A stretch of DNA of 64,000 bases from contig NC_091473.1 of the NCBI RefSeq assembly GCF_036971445.1, positions 206,088,001 to 206,152,000 on the forward strand. Direction: 5' to 3'. Position numbers and translations under genes: made by a program. A model generated the notes under the pieces. It made no database searches. It saw only the letters and a list, made by a program, of their open reading frames with translations, and was not told where the DNA came from. Below, one piece after another: positions 11,801-22,499 of the stretch; the stretch's first letter is position 1; the number at the start of each line of letters is the position of its first letter. The stretch is from Narcine bancroftii (Eukaryota).

Positions 11801-12807
11801 TTTTATACCTTCTGGCAAACCTACAATTTTCACATTATTCCTTCTGCTTTGATACTGCAAGTAATCTATTTTTCTTTCCAGCTCCTTCGCACGTTCTCCT
11901 AGTTCTATAATTGATTTTTATACCTTCAACACTTTTTCTGTGTTAGAAGTCACTTGTTTACAGTCCAAAAAAGCAGTGTGATTTTTTTTAAATTCTTCAA
12001 AAGATGCATCCACACGTGTCTTAACCATATTTAATTCTAAACCAATACAAGCATTCACTTGAACGATTTCATTCATTTGAGATGTCAACAAAGGTTTTAT
12101 AATAGCTTCAACAAAAGCATTCAATTGCATACACTGTGATTCAGTAAAGCTCTGCTCTCTCTGACATACTGGCAGAACAAGGTAAGTGCAGCTCCTGCTG
12201 CAACTCAACAGAAGGCATTTTAAAAGTTTTACTGCGGGTCTGGACTCCCAGCGACGGCACCCCAACTTCCTCAGGGGGTCCCAGCTGGTCTCCCCCCGCA
12301 TCTCGTTGTTGTTTCATCATTTCACGAAGAAAAACGATTTCTTCAGATTGAAATGCTACCTGATGCATTTCCAACAATGGAGTCGTCTTCCTGCATGCTC
12401 CCTGCATTGAAATTGAAAGGCTTTCCAAATCTGGGTCCACTTCTTGGGAACACAATCCTTCTTCCAGAGAACGGTTAATTCCAGCGTCATCCTTCATTTG
12501 GTGAGCAATAAATATTTTTTTTCAGCCCCCACAGGCAATCTTTGGGGTTTAGACAATGAAGAGATTGAGCCTGGGGCTGTGTCAAGTCGTCTAGTCCCCA
12601 AATCCTCAAAACTTCGAAAATGTAACATCTTCTGTACTTGAGGTTTAGTCATTTTACCATTAGTGGCCATAATACTTCCTTAATACTTTAAACAAAAAAT
12701 TTAAAAGTTTAAACTTGAAAATAATGGGTTAAAAACAGGTATTTAAAAGTCTGGCCATAGAGGTGGAGATTGCGCGTCAAAACTCTGCGCTATCATGCCA
12801 CACCCCC
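5820..12807 (-). mobile_element. L1-clade LINE 5' part (5'UTR, ORF1, ORF2 endonuclease), 3'-truncated, split by an RTE insertion
   Basis: ORF1 from ATG 12670 includes QSRRNNVKIVGLPEGIKG/QIPLHFF..LERAH and FRYPAMLKV; ORF2 from ATG 6996 includes YSSSFNSRAK, LLNIYAPN, IGGDFN and LWDAMKAYLRGQIISY. Confidence 0.9.
7917..11798 (-). mobile_element. Full-length RTE-clade LINE, frameshifted
   Basis: APE endonuclease N-terminus (RSALIAHELFRLDIDIAALSEVR), RT (PESQCGFRANRGTADMVF, FVDLSKAFDTV, LLFANDA), C-terminal region, AAG-rich tail; 8-bp TSD CCTTTTAT at 7909-7916 and 11799-11806. Confidence 0.93.
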
Positions 12808-13575
12808 GTTCACCTGATTTATTCCTCTGTTGTTTATTTGTAGCAGTAGAAGATCACCACTAATTGTCTTGTGGAACTAACAGTAAATTCATAGCCTTTC
12901 CAAACTCTCCATGCATCTCAGAAGTCTGAGATCTGTAAACATCTTGTTAATTATTCTCTTCATCATGTCCAGATTGACAACTTAATTACACGGTGACAAA
13001 ATCAAAACACAATAATCCGCAATGTACCACATCAAAAACCCGAAAAGCTGAAACACCACTTTAAAATGTCCGTACGCAACAATGAAACTGATGCTGGCTA
13101 ATGTGAAGAGAGGCTTGTGACCAGCATATCTACCAATATAAAGATACTCTGTACATTTACGCCTCTGTCCTACAATGCAGCTCAGATTCCTAACATTGAC
13201 CATGTAGTTGCTGATCACGTTACACCTTCCAAATACAATACCTCACATTTCTGAATTAAACTCCATCAACCATGCAACTACCTACCAGACCAATCATTCA
13301 ATCGTTTGGAGCAAACTTTGGCAAACGTCGTCACAATCTTAAAGGCCAGACCCATGGACAATTTCATTTAAACGATTAATATAGGTGAGAAACAGCAATG
13401 GTCCCTGCACAAAAGCCAATGGACAAATTTCGTCATCTGTGAGTGATTAGCAATTATATACTGGGGAAACACCACTTCCACAGTCATATATTATCAGGGA
13501 CTGGAACATGTTACATATATTCAGGGCTATTCTGTTAGGTCCAGCGTAAACACCGTGCTGAGACTATTGCCCTCA

Positions 13576-13995
13576 ATGATCATTTCGTGGATCCCCGCTA
13601 ATTCTCTCCCTTCTTGGCTCATGTGGAAAGTTATTTTTTTTTACTTCCAGATATGGAAATTTCTGCACTTTGCTGCACTGTTGTATATCGATAATTCAAT
13701 GTATCACAATAGTGTGAGCTTTCGCGAGAAGAACAACGATCTGTAAGAGGGAATTGCAGTGATGACACTGTCATTTGATACATTTGGTGAACTGAAGCAT
13801 AATCGAAATATCTTCTTCAGATATTGAGTAATGGATCCAAAGAGCGATCTCGATTCTCTAGCCAGGGGTTCAGCTGTTATGATATCGCTATACCTTTAGA
13901 TTTCTCTGTGATCCTTGTGTTAGAAACCAAAGCGTTTGCGTGTGCCATGAGACAAACTCGACGGCGGAGAAGCAGCGGACCCGAACACAAGACCA
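13576..13995 (+). pseudogene. TCR V pseudogene (family of the 52378 segment)
   Basis: Leader remnant MIISWIP with dead donor; EEQRSVRGNCS..VI*YI..KYLLQILSNGS..IPLDFSVILVLETKAFACAMR; decayed RSS; nucleotide similarity to 52510-52590. Confidence 0.75.
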
Positions 13996-14528
13996 ATACC
14001 TGGTAGTTTCAGTAAGCTCTCACCAAAATTAACACATCCTCAGCTGAATTGAAGTGATGTAGTCAGACGCAGAACTATTTTCCGCTGTTTATACCTGGAC
14101 GAGCATATAAGTTCATTTTTATTTCATGACCAATTGGTTTCACGTTCAGGGGAAGATACTTTTTGATTTACCGAATCGTATTCTTTAATCGATGATTGAC
14201 TCACTATGCAAGATATATTTTGTAGTACAATGGACAATATAGCCGTTGTGAAGTATGGAGGAGGAGTGATGTAGAGATGCGAGACAGTGACATACATTAT
14301 ACACACATCAACACACGAACGTAAACNNNNNNNNNNNNNNNNNNNNNNNNNNNNNNNNNNNNNNNNNNNNNNNNNNNNNNNNNNNNNNNNNNNNNNNNNN
14401 NNNNNNNNNNNNNNNNNNNNNNNNNNNNNNNNNNNNNNNNNNNNNNNNNNNNNNNNNNNNNNNNNNNNNNNNNNGCACATAGAATCACAGAAAGCGAGCG
14501 AGATAGAGAGTTTTCTCTTTTGTTGCAG

Positions 14529-14850
14529 GCGCCTTTGGTGATTATTCTATCTCCGAGTATCAATTTGACGTGTCGGAGGAAGAAGGACGAGCTATAACGC
14601 TGAACTGGAATTACGCAGCTCCATACCGTGCCGATACAGCCGTCTGGTACATCCTGCATCCTGCACATGCACCACAAAACGTACTGAAAATATTAAGCAC
14701 TGGGCTCGAATGCAAGTCGTCAGATTTCTGAAACCGATTTTATGCTGTTTATCAGAAAAAGAAATGGGCTGGTTCTATTAACAATATAAGGCGTCCTTGT
14801 CTTCGACTCCGACTCAACAATATGGTCGAAACATTGCGACAGAGAATTAG
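14529..14850 (+). pseudogene. TCR V pseudogene
   Basis: Acceptor TTGCAG|; GAFGDYSISEY..EEEGRAITLNWNY..AVWYILHPAHAPQNVLKIL..DF*NRFYA; first Cys replaced by Trp, stop, frameshift, YYC/RSS not recognisable. Confidence 0.85.
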
Positions 14851-15399
14851 CACAATCGTTCAATGACTCTTCCCAGTTGTGATCTCCAGCTGTCAGCAGA
14901 CGGAGCCGTTATTTCCTCGAACAAAGCAGGGGTGGATGCTGACACAAAGCGAATTATGTCCTGGTATAACTCTGAAGGACTGATTATTCTTATGGAGTAT
15001 GTGCATGATCTTGTGTGAAGATCCTGCATCAACTCGCCGAATGGAGAGGCGAGACGGCCGGAATAAAGAGGCGTAACGATAGCGTGGGACTGGTATATGC
15101 CGTTTATTGTATGAATCAGGTCAGGGCAAAATGGGGATCACAGGTCACAGCGAAATTTGCTCACTTTATTTTAAAACCGATTTGTCGCAACAGCCCTTGC
15201 GTCTCCACAATTTTAACTTCCTATCCTGAATAAATTCATCGTCCAATTCCAACCAAACAGAATTTTGTGCAGTTGTCAGCAGGGTATTTGCTCGTGAATC
15301 ACAGTTTAACTGCACATTTCGACAAGCGACATGTTGCTAATTCTTTTTGTCCAATAATGCAGTCAAGTAAATTTTAAAATATCAATAAAAAAATTAGTC

Positions 15400-15620
15400 A
15401 TACAGCGCGATAACAGGGCATTGTAACCCAAAAGCGTATGTCGCCAAATTATATTCATTAACCAACAACCTATGGTTGTCCCAAGGCCTGCCGGGACAAA
15501 TCCATGTACATAGGGGAAAAGATACCAACTCCTACAGACAGATCGGGATTCAAACCACGTTCCTGATGGCTGGTGCTATAACAGCGTGGTTTTAACCTCT
15601 ACGTCAACGCTGCCGCCCCG
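15400..15620 (-). mobile_element. tRNA-derived SINE remnant (elasmobranch HE1-like)
   Basis: Reverse B-box-like GGGATTCAAACC and CR1-like tail; similar copy at ~35290-35510. Confidence 0.5.
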
Positions 15621-16575
15621 TTTCCAAAGGCGTTCCATAATTATTACATCACCTTGTGAATCAGTGTATAGATCTAACATTTCTATGAGAACTTTTGAAA
15701 GGCATAACTCATTTTAATTTTTTAAGATCTGCTTGATATGGAATCGCAGAACAGTACATTGAAAGCAGGAAGCAGAAAGGTGGTGCAGAACTCGAAAGAA
15801 ATTTTAAGTCGTCAAGAATTCTGTAATATCAAAGAGATATATACGAAGAAGGGAAAGTGAGCGTCAGTAAGTGANNNNNNNNNNNNNNNNNNNNNNNNNN
15901 NNNNNNNNNNNNNNNNNNNNNNNNNNNNNNNNNNNNNNNNNNNNNNNNNNNNNNNNNNNNNNNNNNNNNNNNNNNNNNNNNNNNNNNNNNNNNNNNNNNN
16001 NNNNNCTAGGCAACCCCATTAATTACAGTTGAAGATAGAATACACCCATGCATCTAGATAATTCCCCTTAATGAGACTTGAAGAAAGCAAACTGCCGGAG
16101 ACCCGAATTTCTACTAATTCATCGGTCTGCAGCATAAACACAGTGAAACTAATCTGTTGTTTATATTGGATCGATGTTCCAAATTCGTTTAAGCTGACGC
16201 GAGGAAAATAACTACTGTAAGTTTGAACTGCATTTACCTGTCAGCAGTCAGTGACGACACTGTCATTTTACACATCGGGTGAAAGGAAGAATAGTAAAAA
16301 ATATCCACTAGAAGATCTTCAGTACTGAATTTCTATTGGGAGAGAAAGAAGGAACAAGACACAAAGTAAAATTGTCAATATATCAAGCGAAATTTGTTAA
16401 AATAGCAGGAGCAGTAGCAGTAGTAAGTGACTTGGAAATCGAACTCAGAAGTACATATTGGAAGATGGAATGCATAAATTCAAAGCTGTATTCCTTTAGA
16501 GAGAAAATTACATATAATATGAAAATAAATATCACATATTCTTTTGTGGATTTGGAGCCTGTATATAGAAATATA

Positions 16576-17566
16576 CGGACGCCGCTTTAGTTGGCCATTT
16601 AGAGCCAGCTCTTCAGCGCTTGACGTCCTGTTTTGCGGAAACTGCCAAAATGTTTGGCCTGGAAGTCAGCCTGAAGAAAACGGAGGTCCTCCATCAGCCA
16701 GCTCCCCACCATGACTACCAGCCACCCCCCACATCTCCATCGGGCACACAAAACTCAAAACGGTCAACCAGTTTACCTATCTCGGCTTCACCATTTCATC
16801 AGATGCAAGGATCAACAACGAGATAGACACCAGACTCGCCAAGGCAAATAGCCCCTTTGGAAGACTACACAAAAGAGTCTGGAAAAACAACCAACAGAAA
16901 AACCTCACAAAAATAAGCGTATACAGAGCCGTTGTCATACCCACACTCCTGTTCGGCTCCGAATCATGGGTCCTCTACCGGCATCACCTACGGCTCCTAG
17001 AACGCTTCCACCAGCGTTGTCTCCGCTCCATCCTCAAAATTCATTGGGGCGACTTCATCCCTAACATCGAAGTACTCGAGATGGCAGAGGCCGACAGCAT
17101 CGAGTCCACGCTGCTGAAGATCCAGCTGCGCTGGGTGGGTCACATCTCCAGAATGGAGGACCATTGCCTTCCCAAGATCGTGTTATATGGCGAGCTCTCC
17201 ACTGGCCACCGTGACAGAGGTGCACCAAAGAAGAGGTACAAGGACTGCCTAAAGAAATCTCTTGGTGCCTGCCACATTGACCACTGCCAGTGGGCTGATA
17301 TCGCCTCAAACCGTGCATCTTGGCACCTCAGAGTTCAGCGGGCAGCAACCTCCTTTGACGTATACCGCAGAGCCCACCTCACTGACAAAAGACAAAGGAG
17401 GAAAAACCCAACACCCAACCCCAACCAACCAATTTTCCCCTGCAACCGCTGCAACCATGTCTGCCTGTCCCGCATCAGACTTGTCAGCCACAATCGAGCC
17501 TGCAGCTGACGTGGACTTTTACCCCCGCCATAAATCTTCGTCTGCGAAGTCAAGCCAAAGAAGAAG
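16576..17566 (+). mobile_element. 5'-truncated RTE LINE, same family as 7917-11798
   Basis: FGLEVSLKKTEVL, LRWVGHISRMEDHCLPK, GAPKKRYKD; (AAG)n tail; TSD ATAGAAATATA at 16565-16575 and 17567-17577. Confidence 0.92.
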
Positions 17567-17748
17567 ATAGAAATATAGGTATGCATATGCGGAAATGACC
17601 ATCCAGGCTCTTCATATCGGCCCTAACGTTCTTCCCTAAAATGAAAATGTTCATACAAATTCTGTTGAGTTCCAATGTGTTGAGAGGTGACGCACTGGAC
17701 AATCCATTATACTACATTATATCTTTCCCTTCTTTGTATACAATATTT

Positions 17749-17751
<3 letters not shown>

Positions 17752-17797
<46 letters not shown>
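17752..17797. repeat. (TA)n microsatellite in the L1 3'UTR
   Basis: Perfect TA run. Confidence 0.95.
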
Positions 17798-17800
<3 letters not shown>

Positions 17801-19449
17801 TCTCTCATGAGGGTGAGGGGCGGCGTTATAACCATCATATAACAAATGGAGGCTTCTTCAATTTAAACACTAATTTTATAATGGTTTATCAAATATATGT
17901 ATGTTAAATAATTTTAAATAAAATATGAAAACTGATATTCAGTACTGAATCGATCTCTCGATTCTTTAGACAGGGTTTAAGCTGGTTATCATGAAAATCG
18001 ATTTATTCCTTCCTCTAACTCCGTGATCACTTTGTTTGATGTCGAATTGTTTCTGTGGACCATGAGACATACACGGTGGCGCAGAAGCATGAAATATGAA
18101 CATAGACGAATACCAGGTGGTTCCAGCGAGCTCTCACCATAGAGGTTACTTCCTTTTCTAAAGTGTTGTGATCAGATTCAGAACAATTTTTCGATGTTTG
18201 TACATGGATGCGCATTGAATTTAATCGTTTTTTTTATATTCAATTGCTTGCATAATCAGAAGATTATTTTTGATTTCACACTCAAAATCTATAGCCAATA
18301 ATTGATTTACAATGTAAGAGGTATTTTAGGATTAAACGGTATTTTAGGTTTAAACGAGGAGGTGTGATACAGGGATTGCAAGACAGTGATATACATTCCT
18401 CACAGTCCCACGTCTACACATGCAGACACTTAAGACAGAGACACACACAGAGAAAGCGAAAGGAAAAGATAAATAGATTGGTAGATGGATAGGAAGATGG
18501 ACAGTGAAAGAGAAAGAGTGGGAGAGACTAGACTAAAGAGGAGGACAATTTGAGATTTAAGACAGGGATGGGGGGCCTGCTAAATGTATAAAAGAAAGGA
18601 ACGTACGAGCAGGAGAGGAATCAAATTGGTTGAGGGCTGACGTTCAGTTTTATCATCAGTTTAGTAGGTGGGGAACAGCAAATTACATTACAGGGGAACG
18701 CCATTTAGTCAGGTTTGCTTTTCACGAATACGCCCTGACCCATTGAGTCCCTCCAGCATTTGGTGTGGCTCTAGCTTTCCATCATATGCAGTCAGTCTTC
18801 TTTACCAATTTATATCTGCATCGCCCATCGGAGGGCACACTTTCCAAGTCATCAAAAGTGACTGGAAACAGAAAATCCTCCTCGTTTTACAGTAAGTGCA
18901 ATGCGAACATTCCCTCTTCCAGGGAGAAGAACAACCTCCAGCAAACCCGCAGCCTTGGAATCAGCTCAAGCCTCTAGTTTAGATCAAACCATAGGCAGCC
19001 CGCGCCCAGAGACAAAACTCTGACTCGATGACGAGGCCGATTTAAGCCTTTATGGAGACGTTTAGATACGACTGGCCGGTGGGAAAGCACGTGGGAGTGC
19101 GGGTCCCCGCGGGTGTGCACCAGCGTCAGCGCTGCTATAATAGCGACTCAGGCAGCGCCGCAATTACTTCTAATTCGGCGCTCACAGTTACAAGACAAGT
19201 CAATTCCAGATCAGAGGCGTACCTTTCAAAAATGAGAGAGCACTCTCTATTCGCCTCCCTCCTTTTATTATCCCTGGTTATTCTCTGGTTGCGATTGTGA
19301 GAAAACGTTTCCCTTTAAATTTAAGCCACTGCAATATTGGTAAAATATTACCCCACATTTTATAAAACAATTTTACTGTGTTTGCACTATTTTCTGGAAC
19401 TTATTAGCCTTTCAAATTTAGATAATGACTTCACTTATTTTTAACTTCA

Positions 19450-21130
19450 TATTATTGCATTTTCTTAACCTCTCTATGGAATGTACGAGAACTGCAACCT
19501 GTACTTGATGTGCAATGATCCGCAAATACAGGTGATGAGTCGTTGGCTGAAATAGTACTGGAAGCGTGTGAATATGAATCAGCACTACATTCTGATATTT
19601 TATGGCACAGTTTTAAACACTTTTGGCATACATATAGAACGGAATGGTGTGTTTCAACAGGGTTTAGCAATTGGTTCTTTGACCCGCCTATTAGACTTCG
19701 GTGCTCATTTAATTTGGTGGAAATAGCCATTGCACCTTCAATCGGAGGAGAACTATTTATCTAAATTAAATAAATCTTGAAGCGCATTTCTGCTATTTCT
19801 GTTTCCGCTATGCTAACTCTCCCTGTCTCCACAATTGACCATGTCAGCATCTATCGTTGCTTCAGGGAAGATGTCAAGATCTGTAAAGACCCTTCAAAAC
19901 CAGTCACACTATTCCTTCTTCCCACCATCCGAAAGATGATAAATGAGATTGAAAACAAGAATGCACCACTGACCTTCAATGGTCAGCTTATTGAATGGGC
20001 CTCTTATGTGGTGGCCAGCTGTGTTTTAAATCAATTCTCTCCATAGTTTGCATCATTTATTTGTTCCATTGCACACTGTTCACATAATGCATAAAAAATG
20101 TGACATGCTACACACCACGTCTGTATAATAATTGTACCGGCTACAGTACATAATGTGCCTTCATTTATCAGTATTTCAGAAAATATCAGCAGAAATTGTA
20201 ACAAAAAAACATTGTCGTTTTCTGTGTTTATTTCGGTTATCAGCCAATTGAGTGGCAGGAGGACAATGTAAATAATAATGTCCCTGGAATAATGCTTGAA
20301 CTCTATTTGAATATGTGGTATTCAGATTTGAAGTGAATCTGGGCTAATATTATAAGGATAAGGTTAATTCCAATAGATACTTTAGAATCTTTGAATCGAA
20401 AAGTTAACCTGCAGCACAAGTAACATATATTGGGAAAAGGTATTTAATTTAATTTGGCTTCCTGTTGCATGCTCTTTTTTGGGCTATATTCTCGAATTCA
20501 GAACAGTGAAATATCAAGTATCAAGGGAATGAGCACATCATTAAAAAGTCAATTATGCCATTCATTTGCACGCTTATAATATTAATGTGTTAACCTAGCG
20601 TTATACTATTAACATAATAAGAAGCGCGAAAAAGGTCGGTACAAATATATTGGGCATATCTAATTTATCTGGCATATTTACCAAGCAGAAGAGGTGCTAT
20701 ATGTAAAGTAATGCGACCAGAGCACGTGAACATAATGTGAAAGATGGAAGCTAAATGCGTTAAAAAAAATCTAAAGTAAAACCCATAACATTGACTGGAA
20801 TAAACCGGAAGGCCGAAGAAAATGATAAGGGGTTCTAAAACGATAAACGGGTCTGGTCGGAAAACTTCCATCAAATGATTGAAGAATGAGTTTGCAGTGG
20901 AACGTGGCATATGGAGAGACAAATATCCACCTCAAACGCGCCAATATGAGATAAAGAATTTTAGGGCCAATTGTTGAAATATCTGTTTAATAACAAACAG
21001 TGGATTACTGAACTAATGCATAACGTGTAATATAAACAGGGATAAACGATAAGCATTAATCCACATCGTTGTTTTGCTGGTCACATCTGCCATATCTCTT
21101 GACCACAGTGCGTCAGTGGAGCAAAAGAGC
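19450..21130 (+). repeat. Segmental duplication copy (paralog ~40110-42130)
   Basis: Colinear diverged matches, e.g. TATTTATCTAAATTAAATAAAT vs TATTTATGAAAATTAAATAAAT, and CTCAAACGCGCCA (20931) vs CTCAAATGCGCCA (41918). Confidence 0.7.
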
Positions 21131-22083
21131 AAAGAGTAGATTTAAATTACAAGAATATATCTCTTTAGCTATTATATAGGTGGTTGAAATCGTTTGTACT
21201 GACTTACAGTAGCTCTTGATATGATTTGTATATTTTATTTGATTGTCTGCATCCTTGAAGATTATGGACCGGATGTGTAAGCGATTCTTTCGCTTGTTGC
21301 TTTTCTAAATTTCCGATTAAGTGCGCCTTTTGGCGATTGCCGGTAAGCTAGCGGAAATAGAAGTTTGATGGGACATAAAAGATAACCTTTCAGTTTTTCG
21401 GCATTTCATTCTCTGAGTTGCAGTTTTGGAAAATGTCGGAGTCCTGATCGAGTTACATTTCCTGCTTTTTTAAAGAAAGTTAATCGGCATCTTCCAGGAC
21501 TTTTCACCTGAAGAGATTGTAAGTAATTCCATAAACGCATTTTTACCTCCACTGGTTGCACTGGATTCAATCACAAAATACAAAATACATGCGTCTATGC
21601 AGGATAATTTGAACAAGTAAATTGCATTAAGTGCATATAACATTGTTGAAAACCGGGAGAGGCAAAGGAAGTAAAGACAAATTATAAGTGTAGTTAGTGC
21701 AAATATGCTCTCAATTGTTAGTATTGATTGAATGTGAGGAAAGGCCTGTTTCTGGGCTGATGTCTCTGACAAATACCGTGGTATTATCCTTAGCATCTGA
21801 CACAATTGTCGTTGTGCAGAACATTTCGAAGTTTGGAACTCAGTTGGGATAATTATTTACAAAAAAATGTTTTGTTTAAACTGGACAGGTGAANNNNNNN
21901 NNNNNNNNNNNNNNNNNNNNNNNNNNNNNNNNNNNNNNNNNNNNNNNNNNNNNNNNNNNNNNNNNNNNNNNNNNNNNNNNNNNNNNNNNNNNNNNNNNNN
22001 NNNNNNNNNNNNNNNNNNNNNNNNNNNNNNNNNNNNNNNNNNNNNNNNNNNNNNNNNNTGCGTGCACGTGTGTGTGTATATAC

Positions 22084-22143
<60 letters not shown>

Positions 22144-22499
22144 AGCGGAAGTACATTAGACAATGAGAGAGAATTCCTGTTGGAGAATTACTAACGGATT
22201 TTGATAACATCGAGCGAAAGTTGGGACATCAAGATTCGTTTACGCAATCATGGGATAACGAGAGAAGCATACAGACTCAAGGGTAAACAGATATCTAGGA
22301 CAAACAGTGGGTGAGAGCTTACGCGGGAGAGACGGAGACATTGAGATAGATGGACAACAGTTGCTGAAAAATACAGAACTATAGAACTTGCACACTCCGA
22401 TAAAAATGCCCCACTCAAAGTGATCCCACATGCCTATATTTCACTGACATCTTTCTAATCCCGACAACATTCCATCTCTTTGTATTTACTATTCCAATA

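Larger units (their letters stand above)
16331..17937 (+). mobile_element. 5'-truncated L1 (ORF2 C-terminus + 3'UTR)
   Basis: VTWKSNSEVHIGRWNA*IQSCIPLE/KITYN..IWSLY matches the L1 ORF2 end; A-rich 3' end; TSD TTCAGTACTGAAT at 16318-16330 and 17938-17950. Confidence 0.8.
16150..18110 (+). pseudogene. TCR V pseudogene split by a nested L1/RTE insertion
   Basis: 5' half 16150-16330 (TVSLNCIY..DDTVI, KIFST) and 3' half 17951-18110 (SRFFRQG..CATGAGACATA, heptamer CACGGTG 18072-18078) are colinear with the 13576 pseudogene, including its downstream flank. Confidence 0.78.

Noticed and set aside
11495-11860. Cys/Pro/Arg-rich 121-aa ORF as a novel protein
   Set aside because: Chance fusion of L1 ORF1 with the GC-rich RTE 5'UTR across the insertion junction
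14327-14473. N-runs here and elsewhere, and ORFs spanning them
   Set aside because: Variable-length N blocks mostly flanked by simple repeats look like masked low-complexity sequence; poly-X ORFs are artefacts
14800-14900. Germline-joined V(D)J at a V pseudogene lacking an RSS
   Set aside because: No FGxG J motif or J splice donor follows; simple decay or deletion explains it
21104-21140. Perfect heptamer CACAGTG as a D-segment or orphan RSS
   Set aside because: No convincing nonamer at 12 or 23 nt, no opposing RSS, and not conserved in the paralogous block near 42100
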